A DNA stretch of 64,000 bases from Camelus dromedarius (Eukaryota), in contig NC_087436.1 in assembly GCF_036321535.1 (NCBI RefSeq), forward strand, positions 105,898,001-105,962,000, given 5' to 3'. The notes under the pieces were generated by a model. The model was not told the DNA's origin, searched no databases, and saw nothing but the letters and a program-made list of their open reading frames with translations. Both the position numbers and the translations under genes were made by a program. This document shows positions 36,269 through 48,970 of the stretch, piece after piece (positions within the stretch are counted from its first letter, which is position 1; each line of letters opens with the position of its first letter).

Positions 36269-39200
36269 TCCTAGACAGGTATTTGCCCGGCTGCCTACAG
36301 CATGCTCAGCTGCGAGGCAGCTCTGGCTGTGTTGGGCAGACCACCCCTGGCATTGGAGACCCCAGGCTGTGCGTCTGGAAAGATGAAACCAATAAAGCTT
36401 CCAAAGAAAGTTGGCTGTCAGCTTCTTCAGTAGTGACCCTACCAGAAATCAGCTAAGTGAGATTGTTTCCAGAGGGGCAAGTAGAGACTGAGGGCGCTAG
36501 TAGTAAGGAAACTTGGAACTGTCTCTTGGCTGTACGGCACAAGCTTGTGATGCAGGGGTGATGCAGGGGTGAGAGCAGTGCCCCAGGGGAGCCGATGTCC
36601 ACTCTGGATGAACAAGCTCTTTGGGGAAAAGAAGAAGAGGAGGGAAGCTGGGGTCACTGTTTTCCTACTTTTGTTTTTTAAACAACTGAATAATTAAAAA
36701 AAAAAACCAAACAAACCTTGATGTTACTAGTTTAATTTCATCTGTTTTCTAGGAAGTGCCCAATTTTCTGTACTCAACCCACTACTGCTTTGCCAAGAAA
36801 TAACCACTGGTAATTCTTGATAAAGCAGTGGAAGTCTTTTCTTGAGTCTTGGGATGAAACACCCGAGAATGCTTTAGATCCGGCACAGCTCCCAGACTGT
36901 ACCCTTTCTTCCGCGGTGGCCAGAGACACATTTGCAAAGATTATGTGATGTTAAGAAAAAAATGTTGAGCAGAAATATTACAAAGAAGAAAATAGATGCA
37001 ACATTCCATGCACGTTAAAAAAATTTTTTTTAAATGTGCGCCATCCCCTAATTTACAGGAGGAGGGAAGAAATACAAATAGATTTGTGATGAAGGCATTT
37101 GAAAATTGTGAGAAATGAACCTCAATGCAGGAACCAGGCCTGCCCTACAAAGCAGTTAATTCTCAGAGCCATTTCCTTGCTTCCTCCCTGTGTAACAGGT
37201 CATTTGCTTTACCTGGGCCTTACTGTTTTGACCTGCAGAATGGAAATATCGATATTATACCATTTTGCAGAGGTGATGAATATGTTAACTAAGATCCTTG
37301 CAGCTTTCCTGACAGCTGAGCTTAAAAAGGTCAAAATGTTCTCCCCAGGTCTTCGTGTTATAAAAACATTCACCTGCATTACAGGAAAGCTGCTTCCTGT
37401 ATGTGTTTTTGATGACATTGCCCTGGGTATTTATCTTTTCAGCATAGCACTGTTACCCTAAGGTACCTATTTTTCAGATCATTATAAGACTCCTGGTGTG
37501 ATAACGCTGGGGAGGGAAAAATCAACGCACGGGAGTCAGCCTGGGAAGAGTCTGAGCGTTAACGGCAGGGTCGTGCTGCTGATTTCTGAGCGACACATCT
37601 GCAGTGAACACTGGACCATACTTAAGCCCTAATGTGTGGTTTTAAGGTCACTGCCGGTTATTATCTGACCAGTAATGACCGCAGAAGTATACATTATTGC
37701 TGTTAGGAGCCATTTTTGTACTATTTTCAGTTTTCTTTTTTATTGAGTAGCTGCTGAAACCCCCAGAGTTTCCAAGTTGGATTACAGTAGCTGAAATTCT
37801 CAGTCATTTCACTGGGTTTTGTTTTGAGGAGAAGCTGGTATATAGCTACTGTTTTTGTTCTTACGCTGTTAAGGGGATTGAAGTTTATTTGAAACGTTCC
37901 TATTATTTTGAATTGGCACTTGGGACTTCTCATTCTATGAAGTCCTTTTTCCTCCTCCTTTAAGTTAGGGATTAAGGTTGGAGGAGGGGTTGGATTTATT
38001 TTCTTGCTCTTTCTGAATAATTAGCCGTGATGAATCCGAAATAACCACAATGTCAATATTATATATTCTGGAATGCTATAGCATTATTATGAGGGGCTAT
38101 ACTTCTCTATGAGAAGGAGTAAGAATGGAGTCGAAAGTCAACGGGCTGTGTTTCCCCCGAGTGGTAATTTTAAATAGTATTTATGATTGTTTGCGTTGTG
38201 ATCTTACTGAGAAAACAGTCATTCTGGAGTTTGAACCAGTGAGATCTTTATTTTTCCAATGCTTAAACATTCCTTTTTGAAATACTTGCTGTTAGAGGAA
38301 ACACCACAGAGTGGCTTTTCTGCATGTAAAAGCTCGTTATTTTGTGGTTAGCCTCAGTCAACGTTCATTTTCTGTGGAGGTTCAAATAATTATTCAGAAA
38401 GTAATACAAGGGGAAGGAGTCGGCAGCTCGGCACCATGACAATTTGATCCCAGATGTGAGTTCTCTCCCTGAAAATGCGCAAGTGATGTGAAAGATTTTA
38501 TTCAGCCGAACAGTTGGATGTAGAGGTCTTAATAATAAAACCTCATTTTGACAGCTTTTACTGTTGGACAGCAGGCTTCATTATATTTGCCATGTTGATT
38601 TATTATTTTTAACTTCTCTTACATATGTATGCATGCTATGCAGCAGTTTCATCTGTATCTTTTTTCCCCCATCGCTATGTGGCCTTAGGAAGGGTTATAT
38701 TAACATTTTTAATGGGAAATTTTATGTAGGAATAAGGAACAACAAACTAACATTAATTATTATACTTGTCTAAAGTAGAGAAGAATCTCCACTATATATC
38801 TTTGTCTATTTATGTAACTGTCTAATGGTGGATAAATTATACCCTAGTTGCTGCAGTAAATTAAAAAATAATAATAATCCGAGCTAGAAAAGCAGTTTTA
38901 TAAATCTCTGGTTCTACAGAAATATTTCAGGCGATGATGAAGTTTCCCCAGGACTTTGTTATTATGTCATGTACAAACCTTTGCTAATGGGTGTCATTGT
39001 GGTCCAGTTATTGAGACAATAATTATGGTCTGTGATCTTTTAAGGTATCATTTATAATCTTAACCATCGTAGTTTTTTCTTCCGTAAGGGAAATCAGATG
39101 GATGGGAAGTTACGCTCCCAGGATTCTTTGCTAAACTGGAGCATTTTTGAGTGTTGGGATGATGACAGAAGATCTCTTTTATGCTCTTAAATACCTAATC

Positions 39201-40816
39201 CCAAGAAGGTTTAAATCAATGTGTTAATTGGTAAGTGATACTGTAATTATATGCATAATCAGGGAAATTTTGAATCCAGATTATTTACTTGCTCTCAGGA
39301 AATTAATCGGCAGAGGTCATGTATTAGATTGCTTGTCTATGAAGTGGAACCCCTGTAGCTACAGAGTGCCGGCTGGCTCTGCCCTCCGTGAAGCATTCTT
39401 CTAGATGCTCCCAGCAGGTGTCACCGGCACAGGGCCTCGAGTGCTTATTGATCCAGATTCAAACAGTTCATTAATCTAAGCGCACATTATATAGATTTTT
39501 CAATGTAATTTTGAAAGGGTTGAAAAACTATATTGAATGATGAGAGATGATACTCAAATTATGCTTTTTATAGCACTTATTCCTTGGGATTGTGGCATTC
39601 TAACTGGGGTGGGCACTGTAACACGTGGCATATAGTTCCCTCTGGATTGAACATTTCTTCCATTTCCCTGTTACTAGGTGGTTACTTAAACAGTTTGTCC
39701 AGCCAGCACTCCTCTTTCATAGATTTTTTTCCCCCTCCCTTTCCTATTTGGCATAATCAGTGAGTCTCCACCCAAAATACCCAAATAAAAATGCCAGCTA
39801 TAGATGGGTAAAGGCTAAAAAAAAAAAGGTCACATAGAAAACAAAACATTTTTCAGGATGTTTTTGTCTTTTTCATGAATGCAAGAAAACTCTCCTTGAA
39901 GTTTTTCATTTCTGCCAAAGATCTCTACTTCTATACATATACCAGATAGTTCCAAATAATATATTATTATGTTCTGAAATAAAGTGACTCTAAGATCTGG
40001 GGAAGATACTAAAAATAATCATTGTATCTATTTCAATCCCCACCATTGCTGCCCTGTTTTGTGCATCTCTAGTTGAGCCAAGGTAACATTCCATTTGAAC
40101 AAGCTTGACTTGCAGGCAGAGTTGGGTTGTGTTTAAATTTTCTTTGGCCTGTTGCATGTTTGCAGTTCTTTTAATTTGGGATCATGATGCTACCGCCTCT
40201 GTTAGAACTGAGGCTGGGAGAGGTAACTAAATATCTTATTCAGACTAATGTGTAAATGACTGATACTGGCTTATTTTCTAAGAGAAAAAGGAGCAGCAAA
40301 GGCTGATGATAAGAACTGGGCAGGGAGAGAAAGTGTAGAGAAAGGGAAAGGCTAGAGGTCCTTGATCCACTGCTCCCTCAACATGACTCATTGTGTATCT
40401 TGCCTTGATAGCCATAACTTGTTAACCAAGCTGGGTTACAAACAGAATGTTTCTTTGGTTAGCACAGAAATATTTCCTTAGTTTTGTTTTATTCTGCTAG
40501 CTTAGTAGAAACTTGTGGTCATGATCTCCTTGGATCTCTTGGAACAGCTTTGAGGGTTTCATCCCTTCTTTTAGCCAAGACTTAACAAGCCTTAGCATGT
40601 GTTAGGCACTGGAGAAAGCAAGTCAAACAGAGGCCTTGATTTAGAGGCAACTAGGTCACCGACTCGTCACCAGGTCCACAGTTATGGCAAGCTGGTGACT
40701 ACTGGACTTTCATGAACCACCAGAGTCAATAGATATTCAGAGGGAAGGGCAACAGATGTTTTCTGGGCCAGCATGGAAAGGTTTATCGAGGAGATGACAT
40801 TGAACTGGAATTCAAA

Positions 40817-40818
40817 TA

Positions 40819-40849
<31 letters not shown>

Positions 40850-40862
40850 GTCTGTCTATCTG
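40817..40862. repeat. (TCTG)n/(TCTA)n tetranucleotide repeat
   Basis: Read directly. Confidence 0.85.
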
Positions 40863-41623
40863 TGTGATGTTTTCCAAGGCTGGGAAACTTTCTAGAAATG
40901 TTCAATGTCTGTAACGGCACAATAGGGGCTGTGTTTTAATTTTATTTTAAACCTGAGGTATCTATGAGTTCTCATCTTAGTGAATTGGCTTGAGATGCTG
41001 CAATACTGCTGACCTGTCAGATCAGAATGCGATCATGCTTAAGGATGCTTAACTAGTGGGGTGCAATTATGCTTACTCAGACGTTTGCAGCTGATTAAAG
41101 CTTTATTTCCAGAGCCTACCCATTGTTTCAGAAGTAATTTGTGCATGATTATGGAAGTTACTGTGTTACCTATTTATGCTAACTTTAACATATTCTGTAC
41201 TAAACTATTGAGTTGTTGAGTTATTAAAAAGGATTTGCCTTATATGGTCATAGTTCCCTATAAGAACAGATGGCTTTTTTTTCCTTTTTGTATTTTTTAA
41301 GGAGAACTTGATAAAAGGCATATTGGTATATTTCATTTACCAAGTTCACGGTGTAGGTGAGTCTGAGTTAATAAGGGAAGGCTTACTGGAAGAAGCAGAT
41401 ATTATTCTGAATCTTCGTGTGAGAATGAAAGATGGAAAGTCTTGGCAGATGCAGGCATGAGAAGGAGGTTAATAAAAAGAATCTGAAATGGGAAATGGGG
41501 GACCATGCTGGCTTTAGGCTGTATTGTGTCATATATTCAACCTGTCCAAAAATATCTCTGTCATGGGGACTTCCAAAGTTCTATCTTTTCCTTTCACTCT
41601 CTCAGATGAGTGATAATTTAGGT

Positions 41624-41835
41624 CAAAGGTCAGCAAACTTTTTTTGGAGAAAGGGCCAGAGAATAAATATTTTAAGCCTTGTGAGTCATCTGGTCTCTTT
41701 TGCAGCTCCTCAACTCTGCTGTTGTTGTATGAAAGCAGCTATAGGCAATACATAATTGAATGGTGGCAACTGTGTCCCAATAAAACTTTATTTATAAAAA
41801 TGAGCAGTGGGCCAAATTTGGCCTGTGGCCTTTAT
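41624..41835 (+). mobile_element. MER58A-like hAT MITE
   Basis: ggtcagcaaactttt...aagggccagagaataaatattttaagc...ccaataaaactttattt...gggccaaatttggcc. Confidence 0.8.
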
Positions 41836-42025
41836 GTCATTGTTTCCCAAATGTCAGTCCTTTTGGTGCCACTGTCATGATGTTGCTTAATCTGAGTAGC
41901 AACTGCACTATTGTTTATTTACTTTTCTTCCTTATATTGATTTACCTTAAAAAAAAAAACCCAAAACACCTAATTTTTAAAGGAACTGTATATCACTACC
42001 ATAAATGGGAAAGCAGTAGCATGTA

Positions 42026-42171
42026 TTTTTGGGGGTTTTTTTGGGAGAGGGAGGTAATTAGGTTTGTTTGTTTGTTTGTTTGTTTGTTTGTTTTAATGGA
42101 GGTACTGGGCTTTGAACCCAGGACCTTGTGCATGCTAAGCATGTGCTCTGCCGCTGAGCTCTACCCTCCCC
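42026..42171 (-). mobile_element. tRNA(Ala)-derived camelid-type SINE
   Basis: gaggtaattaggtttg(tttg)n...ggaggtactgggctttgaacccaggaccttgtgcatgctaagc...gagctctaccctcccc. Confidence 0.9.
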
Positions 42172-42503
42172 TCTCAGTATGTGTTATTAATAAGGGACCA
42201 CCAAAAAATAAGTACAAGGAAAATGAAACAATAACAAAAGAATTCAGTCATGTCCTACTAATTGTGTGCACACCAAGTTTTGGGCACTATTGACTAAGGC
42301 TGTTGTCAGTAACAAGTAAGACAGCTTAACATTAGTCTCTCTGATTTGATGACTGTTCACTTAGGTGTCTTAAAAGGATGTACACAGGTGGCCTTCATTG
42401 TGGAGGCAGTGGCTGAGGGGCAGCTGGGAAAAAGATGGTTGTATTGAAGACCAAGTCACCATGTGACACCCCAAGAGGGCTTCTAAGCTGCGGCTTTTGG
42501 ATC

Positions 42504-42647
42504 AAATACAGAACACCCATTAAATTTGACCTTAAGGTAAACAACACAACTTTTTTAGTATAAGTATGTCCTATGCAATATTGGGGACATATTGATGCTA
42601 AAATTTATTTGTTGTTTATCTGAAATTCAAATTTAACTGGGTGTCTC

Positions 42648-42696
<49 letters not shown>

Positions 42697-42723
42697 GTGT
42701 TTGTGCTAAGTCTGGCAACCCTA
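42504..42723. mobile_element. MER53 palindromic hAT MITE with internal (TG)n at 42654-42700
   Basis: ttttttagtataagtatgtcc...gttgtttatctgaaattcaaatttaactgggtgt...tctggcaacccta. Confidence 0.85.
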
Positions 42724-42949
42724 TCCTGGTCCAACAGCAAGGGGCCAGTACAAGGCCATGTGAGTGGTGGGGTAGAGGGGATGCTGGTTGGTGCAGAAAG
42801 GATGCAGGAGAGCAGTACCGTGTCCTGCTTAGATTTTGGTCTGCAGTAGGTCTCAGCAGGGGACAAGTGAGTAAGTTGGCCTGACCAGGAGGTGTGGGCC
42901 AGAAATTAAAGCAAGTTCTTGTGACTTGGAGTCCCAGCCAGCGGTTTTT

Positions 42950-43331
42950 CTAAAAATACATTTATTGTGGTATGGTTCCTGTACAGAAAACTACACATAT
43001 TTCAAATGTACAATTTGATGAATTTTGATAGGTGTCTACACCAGTGAAACCACTACCACAGTCAACATAGCTAACATTTCCATCACTCCCCAAGAGGTGC
43101 AATTTTTGAATTCCTAATTTATCCTTTCCCACTCCCTTTACCCACTGGTAACCATAAGCATGTTCTGTATGTTTGGGAGTCTATTTCTGTTTTGTAGATA
43201 AGTTCATTTGTGTCTTTTTTTTTTTTTAAGATTCCACATGTAAAGTGCTATTGTATGGCATTTTTCTTTCTTTTTCTGGCTTACTTCATTTAGAATGACA
43301 ATCTCCAGGTTCATCCATGTTGCTGCAAATG
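42950..43331 (-). mobile_element. L1 insertion with 16-bp TSD; apparently a lineage L1 segment joined to an older-type L1 tail
   Basis: ccagccagcggttttt 42934-42949 and ccagccagcagttttt 43332-43347; junction near 43097. Confidence 0.75.
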
Positions 43332-44258
43332 CCAGCCAGCAGTTTTTACATGATCCATTTCTGTACCAGAAAACCACTGGCGGGTTATAAAGAGGAGCAT
43401 TGGTGATAGGACAGAAAAATAATCTTTTGGAGAACTTTACTGTTAGCTTATATATGTAGCTCTGTCATGTCTTCGATGCTCGGGAAGAATAATCAAAGGA
43501 GAATTTAGAACTGTCCTCAGATTGTCAGTTTTTCATCTAAAAATGTTAATGTACAATTAAACTTTTAATTAAAAAAAGCATATCCCATCACAAACTATTT
43601 TTAATATGGAATATTTAGCGGCACCACACACATTCTGTTCTGAACTCCACCAGACTATTAACCAGAATAATTTGGGTTTAAAAATGAACTGAATTAGGTT
43701 GCATACCCCCAGGTTAAGACCCAAACAAATTTTATTAGTTAAACTGCCATCTTTACAATGTGCAGGCGTGTTTTTGGTCATTCTATGCAGGATAAAGTTG
43801 CAATTCAGTTGTCAGGTCCTGATGGCATCAGAATTGTCAGCAGGCAACAGAGTCATTTGTGGAAAAGAGAAAAGAGGAATCTCATTACAGGTCTTTAGAG
43901 ACCTATTTTTCATCTTCCTTTTTGTTTGAAAAAGATTTTTATGTATATAATTGCAGGCCTTGAAGGCTTTAAAGGCCACAAAGATGCCTGGATTTAGACT
44001 AAATATTGGTGCAAGTTTGTGAGTTTGTATGAGGATGCATTTGGACATGAAAACCTAATGCTAGCAGGACTTTTCTGCCCTTCTCTTGTCTCTTCCCAGT
44101 GATTTGGATGTGATTATAATCAGGAAATAATGAATACGATAGAACCCTGGTGATTCCTAATTCTAGCCATCATGTGTAGCAGCCACTTTTGTTTCTCTTT
44201 GAAAAAGACGGAAGTTGCTTTTTCACACTGATGAGAATGAGTGCACGCCTGGCTCACC

Positions 44259-44277
44259 TGGCCACTAGGTGGCGCTG
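44259..44277 (+). promoter_or_regulatory. CTCF-binding motif
   Basis: TGGCCACTAGGTGGCGCTG is a near-ideal match to the CTCF core. Confidence 0.7.
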
Positions 44278-45169
44278 CAGCCACAAGGAAGTGTGGTCAC
44301 AGTTACATAGTTTGGCTGTGGCATTAAGGAAGTTCTCCGAGGCTGGAACTGGGAGAGAATAGCCTTGGCTTCTCTGGAATAGGGCTCTTTGGATTCTCCT
44401 GCATCCTTTGTGTATCTAGGATGCTGCTGAAATGGGAGAGGATTTTTTGATTAGGATGCATTGTTTCCTGTGTTTGTGCTGTATGTAACACATGCACCCG
44501 TATGTATGCAGTTGAAGATTTGTTAGAGATTGGTGTTGGGGAGTAGGAAGTGGAGGGAAATATCACACTTCCATGGTTTCTAAGCAGGATGGTCCGTTGC
44601 ACTGAGTACAGATGGTTCCTGACCGATGGCCTCTGAGTGACGAGGAATGCCCTTTTCTTTGGTGTTTATCTGCTCTAGGGGGCTGTGGAAAGTGTTCCCT
44701 TAGTAGAGACGACCCAACTTCTGGACAATGGTAAGTCTCACAGCATCTCTTTTTATACCAGCCTCCTCTTTTAGCTCTTTTCTCTCTGTTTTTAACCACT
44801 AGGGAAAAGAAATCATTGTCCAAAAGAATATTTTTTTTTTTGTTTTTCCTTTTCCAACAGAAGCCAAGTATTTGAAATCTCGACACCCCACTATTACCCC
44901 AGAGAAGAAAGAAACCGAGGAAGAGTCTAGTAGGAGTGTCAAAGAGTGAAAAGTGAATAACACAACCCAAGTTGCTCTCTAAATATAAGAATTCTGGCAA
45001 AAGAAAGAATTGGCAAAACTATTTCCTAAATAGCAAAAGATGTGGTATTGATCAGAATTGTTAAAAGTGCCTGGTGAAATAAAATTTGCTATCGAACGAC
45101 TTGAAGAAAAATTTGCTCAGGGTATATTGGCAATTAAAGCAGCAAATGTTGGGATTCATAATGAAATGA

Positions 45170-45800
45170 TAATAGCTATGTTTACTGAGCTAGTAAGTGC
45201 CAGGTCTTGTGTCAGACGCCTTTGTATAATTATTTAATTTTTAGAATGGGTTTTTGAAATGGATATTATCACCCTTCTTTGGCAACATAAAGAAATGGTG
45301 GTGTGGATAGATTAAGTACCTAGCCTCAGTTCTAACGCTTTTAAGAGCTCTAATTAGAATTAGGTCTGTTGGGCTCCAGCACTGTGTCTTGGTGCTTAGG
45401 GGATCGCTTGATAATGGAGCGTAAAGTTGGAGAGAATGTCCAGCTCACTTCCCATTGCATTGTTTAATATACTGTAGACATCTTTATGTGTCAATACATT
45501 ATTTCTATATCATAACTTTTAATGGCTACAAAGTGATCTGCTAGATGAACAGACCATAATTTATTTAACCAGTCCCTTATTGTTGGACCTTTGGGTTGTT
45601 TCCAGAATTTTACTATAATAAAACAATACTACAATGAACACCCTTGATGATATATCTTTGTGCAATTGATCCTGACCCATCATTTTGTAGATGAATCTAC
45701 GGAGACCCTGAGAGGTTATGTAATTTATCCGAGAGGCAGAACTTGGACCAGATTTCAGGGCTGTTAGGTCCCAAATGAGCTCTTTTCCTGTTACGTCAGT
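45170..45800 (-). mobile_element. MIR fragments flanking an old L1 (L1ME-like) fragment
   Basis: ccataatttatttaaccagtcccttattgttggacctttgggttgtttcca (L1); cattttgtagatgaa (MIR). Confidence 0.6.
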
Positions 45801-46773
45801 GGAGGCCACTGACCTTGTCTGGTGGCTGTGGCTACTCACTTCTACAGAAAGAGAGGAATTTGTGGACTGTGTTGGGGCCATCCAGCAGCAGAGCTAAGTC
45901 ACCCCCCGGAAAAAGAAAGTCAAACTGAAGACAGATCAAGTTATTTTACTGTTTTAACACTATTAGTAGGATTCTTTCTTTAAATCCTTTCTTCTTTTTC
46001 TTCTATGACGTTGTATTTCCTTAGTTTCTTTCATTCTCTGATCTCCTCCCTACCTCCTTCCTCTGTCTTCTACCCATTGTCGATATTACTCGAGTTTGCA
46101 TCTTCACATTTCTTTTCTCCCTACTATTTCCCTGTTTTAATAGCTTCATCTACCACTTCCAGACAAATCCCCCCTCCCCCCTGCCCTCCCCCCTCCCCCT
46201 TTTGAAACTCCACCTGTGATGTCTCTGTGACAGGCAGGTTCTGTGCTTCCCACTGACGGTTAGCACTTAGGGTTCCTGGAACCAGCACTGTTAAGGAGAG
46301 CCACTCGCTTCCTCAGGCTGGAACCTTGACCACCCGATTCCTCCCTGCCTTTATCTAATTTCCCACATTTTGCCCAGCCCAGGCAGTTCTGTTTCTAGCA
46401 TTTGGCCTCCCTCTGCATTCCTGCTACCTCTGCCCTAATTCAGACGCTCATTGTCTCCTGCCCGGACTGTGGCTGCAGCCTCTCCCTTTGTCCCACTGCC
46501 TCTCTTTCCCTGGCCAGTTCCTCTTGCCTGAGCTTGGTGAATTAATCTACCGAGGTCCCTGCTCTGACCCACATTCTCTACTGAACAGATTCCAAGACTA
46601 TTAACCTGGCCTTCAAGACTTTTTGTAATTTGACCCTAAACTACCTTCCTAGCCTCACCTACCCTCTTTCTCTAGCGTAGACATTGAGTTTCAGTCCAAA
46701 TAGACCTCTTGTTAACATACCCAGCTTATACCTGGCTCTGAGCCTTGATCAGGTGAGCTCCCCATTGGCCTTT

Positions 46774-47079
46774 ATAAAAATTTTTTTTTCCTGTTTTACT
46801 GTGATAAAATTGGCATATGACATTGTATTTGTTATATACATGTCACATATATATAAGGTATACAGCATAGTGATTTGATGTATGTATATGTTGCAAAATG
46901 GTTACCACATAAGTTTAATTATATCCCTCATTTCACATATAATTTTTTTCCTTTTTATAGTCTTTTTTTATTATAGGTTACTACAAGATATTGAATATAG
47001 TTCCCTGTGCTATACAGTAGAAACTTGTTGTTCATCTGTTTTATATATAGTAGTTAATTTCTGCAAATCTCGAACTCCC
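46774..47079 (-). mobile_element. L1 3'UTR insertion with TSD inside an L2 fragment
   Basis: cccattggccttt 46761-46773 and cccgttggccttt 47077-47089; caagatattgaatatagttccctgtgctatacagtag is the cetartiodactyl L1 3'UTR. Confidence 0.8.
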
Positions 47080-47754
47080 GTTGGCCTTTTGAGAGCTTAA
47101 AACATGAATGCCACCTCTTCCATGAAACCTTCCCTGATTGCTTAAGCCAAAGGTGATCTTGTCCTTCTTTGGTTAACCACAACTCTTTGTGGACAGTCTT
47201 AAAGCATCTTGCTTGCATGTTAAGTCCCACTGAGATTTTCAGCTCCTTATGGGTAGGAACATATATCTTAAATCCCTGTAAGCCCTTTCTCAAACCCTTT
47301 TCCTATAAAATAAGTATCACCCCCGTATTAGGCTCTCAGAAGGCATTTGTTGAGTAAATAAAAGAACTTGGGATTTAATAAATTTTACATAAATTTATCA
47401 GAAATATAACCACAGTGTAAAGCAGATTTTAAAGGCTCACTGTTCTTAAAGCAAAACAAATTTTATATGTACTCATAATAGCTGCTGCTTATCAAATCTT
47501 CTTGTTCAATGTTCTGACAACACATATGAATGAGACTGAATTATAGCCGGTCAGAATTTCAGTAGAGTTGTATGGAAAGATACACTTTTGTAAGTGAGAA
47601 CCTTTTTTCTCTGTGCCTGAAATATTTTCTGCCCCATTCCCTCTAGCACAAAGATCATAGGACTGGAGTAAGAACATTTGACTTCTGTTGCTTATAAACT
47701 GTGTGACTCTGGGCAACTTTTCTCATTTGTAACATTATGATGCCTATTATATTG

Positions 47755-48095
47755 CTTAAGAATTGCATTTAGCTGTAGGTAACAGACATTTGATATGGTA
47801 GCTTGAAAAACAAATTTATTTTTCTTCCTTGTAGATAAAGTTTATATCGATAGTCCACCATGCTACAGCTGTCATTGACCCCAGATTCTACTCTGTTTTC
47901 CCTGTTGGTGTGTGGTTTTCTACTTCAAGGTAGCCTCACAGACCAAAATGACTGCTTGAGCTCCAGCTGTCATGTCAACATTCCCAGCAAGAAGAAGGAA
48001 GGGCCCAAGGCCACGTCCTCCTAGCTGAGTAAGCTCCCTTTAAATAGCTTAAAAGAATTTTTCCGGAAGTTACACCCAACAACTTTGGCTTAAAG
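47755..48095 (-). mobile_element. Old MaLR LTR (MLT1J-like)
   Basis: caaaatgactgcttgagctccagctgtcatgtcaacattcccagcaagaagaagg. Confidence 0.6.
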
Positions 48096-48099
48096 CTGA

Positions 48100-48278
48100 T
48101 GGAGTGCTTTTTAGCTGCAGGTGCATATTTGAAATACATGAGGGCTTTAAAAAAGTGCCTATGCTTGGGCCTCACTGCAAACGAATTAAATCAGAATCTC
48201 CATGGTTAGGGTCAGGACTCAGTATTTAAAAATAATCCCAGGTGATCCAGTTGCAGAGCTGAGGCTGAGAATCACTGA
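48100..48278. mobile_element. MER5-like hAT MITE
   Basis: aattaaatcagaatctcc...cccaggtgatcc...ctgagaatcactg. Confidence 0.75.
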
Positions 48279-48289
48279 TCACTCTGGCA

Positions 48290-48397
48290 AGGGTGACTAT
48301 ATAATTGACAATCCACATGGCGACTCTGGAGAGTGAAAGAGGGACCACTGGCTTAAACCAAACCTGTCTTGGGCAAACCCAGAGGTACAGTGACCCA
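48290..48397. mobile_element. MER81-like hAT-Blackjack MITE
   Basis: agggtgactatataatt...gagagtgaaagaggg...gggcaaacc...gtgaccc. Confidence 0.65.
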
Positions 48398-48729
48398 AAT
48401 TAAAGTTTATCCTATCTGTCAGGTGTCTAGGCATGAAGTCTGCTACTGATCTGGGAGAGAAGAGAGAAGGGGAGGAGAGATACTGCTTAAAGGTGCTCAG
48501 GGTTCCCCTCTGGTCCTACTCAAGCTTTTGGGCAGGAGTCAGTGAGACAAATGTACATGAAATCTCTTTGTAAGATGCAGCGTTTCAAAGATGTGTTTAC
48601 AAATAAAATTACCATAATTTAGTAGAAATAAGTACCTTTGACTGCCAGAAGGGACACGGTTTGGATTCACTAGGTGTGTATTTGGTGAATTTAGTGCCCT
48701 CTGGTCACTTTCTTAACAGACGCTTAGTG

Positions 48730-48970
48730 GGAGACGGAGCCTCGTGGTGGTTTTAGAGTGTGGACTTCGGAGGCCGATAAAATCACCATGAGTTCGAACC
48801 CCAGCATCTTGCCAGCCCTGTCATTTGACCTCTCTAAACCTCTTCAAAGTCTCCATAATATTACTTAGCTCAAAGGGTTGCTATAAGGATTAAAGAAGTT
48901 AACATGTGGAAAGGATTCAATTTGGGGCCTGGCTTACAGAAAAAGTTCAGTAATTGGCCATTCTTTATTA
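48730..48970 (+). mobile_element. MIR SINE
   Basis: gagttcgaacccc...gggttgctataaggattaaagaagttaacatgt. Confidence 0.7.

Noticed and set aside
38430..38461. Good Kozak context GCACCATG before a GTGAGT donor
   Set aside because: The frame reads ATG-ACA-ATT-TGA and stops before the donor, so it is not a coding start exon.
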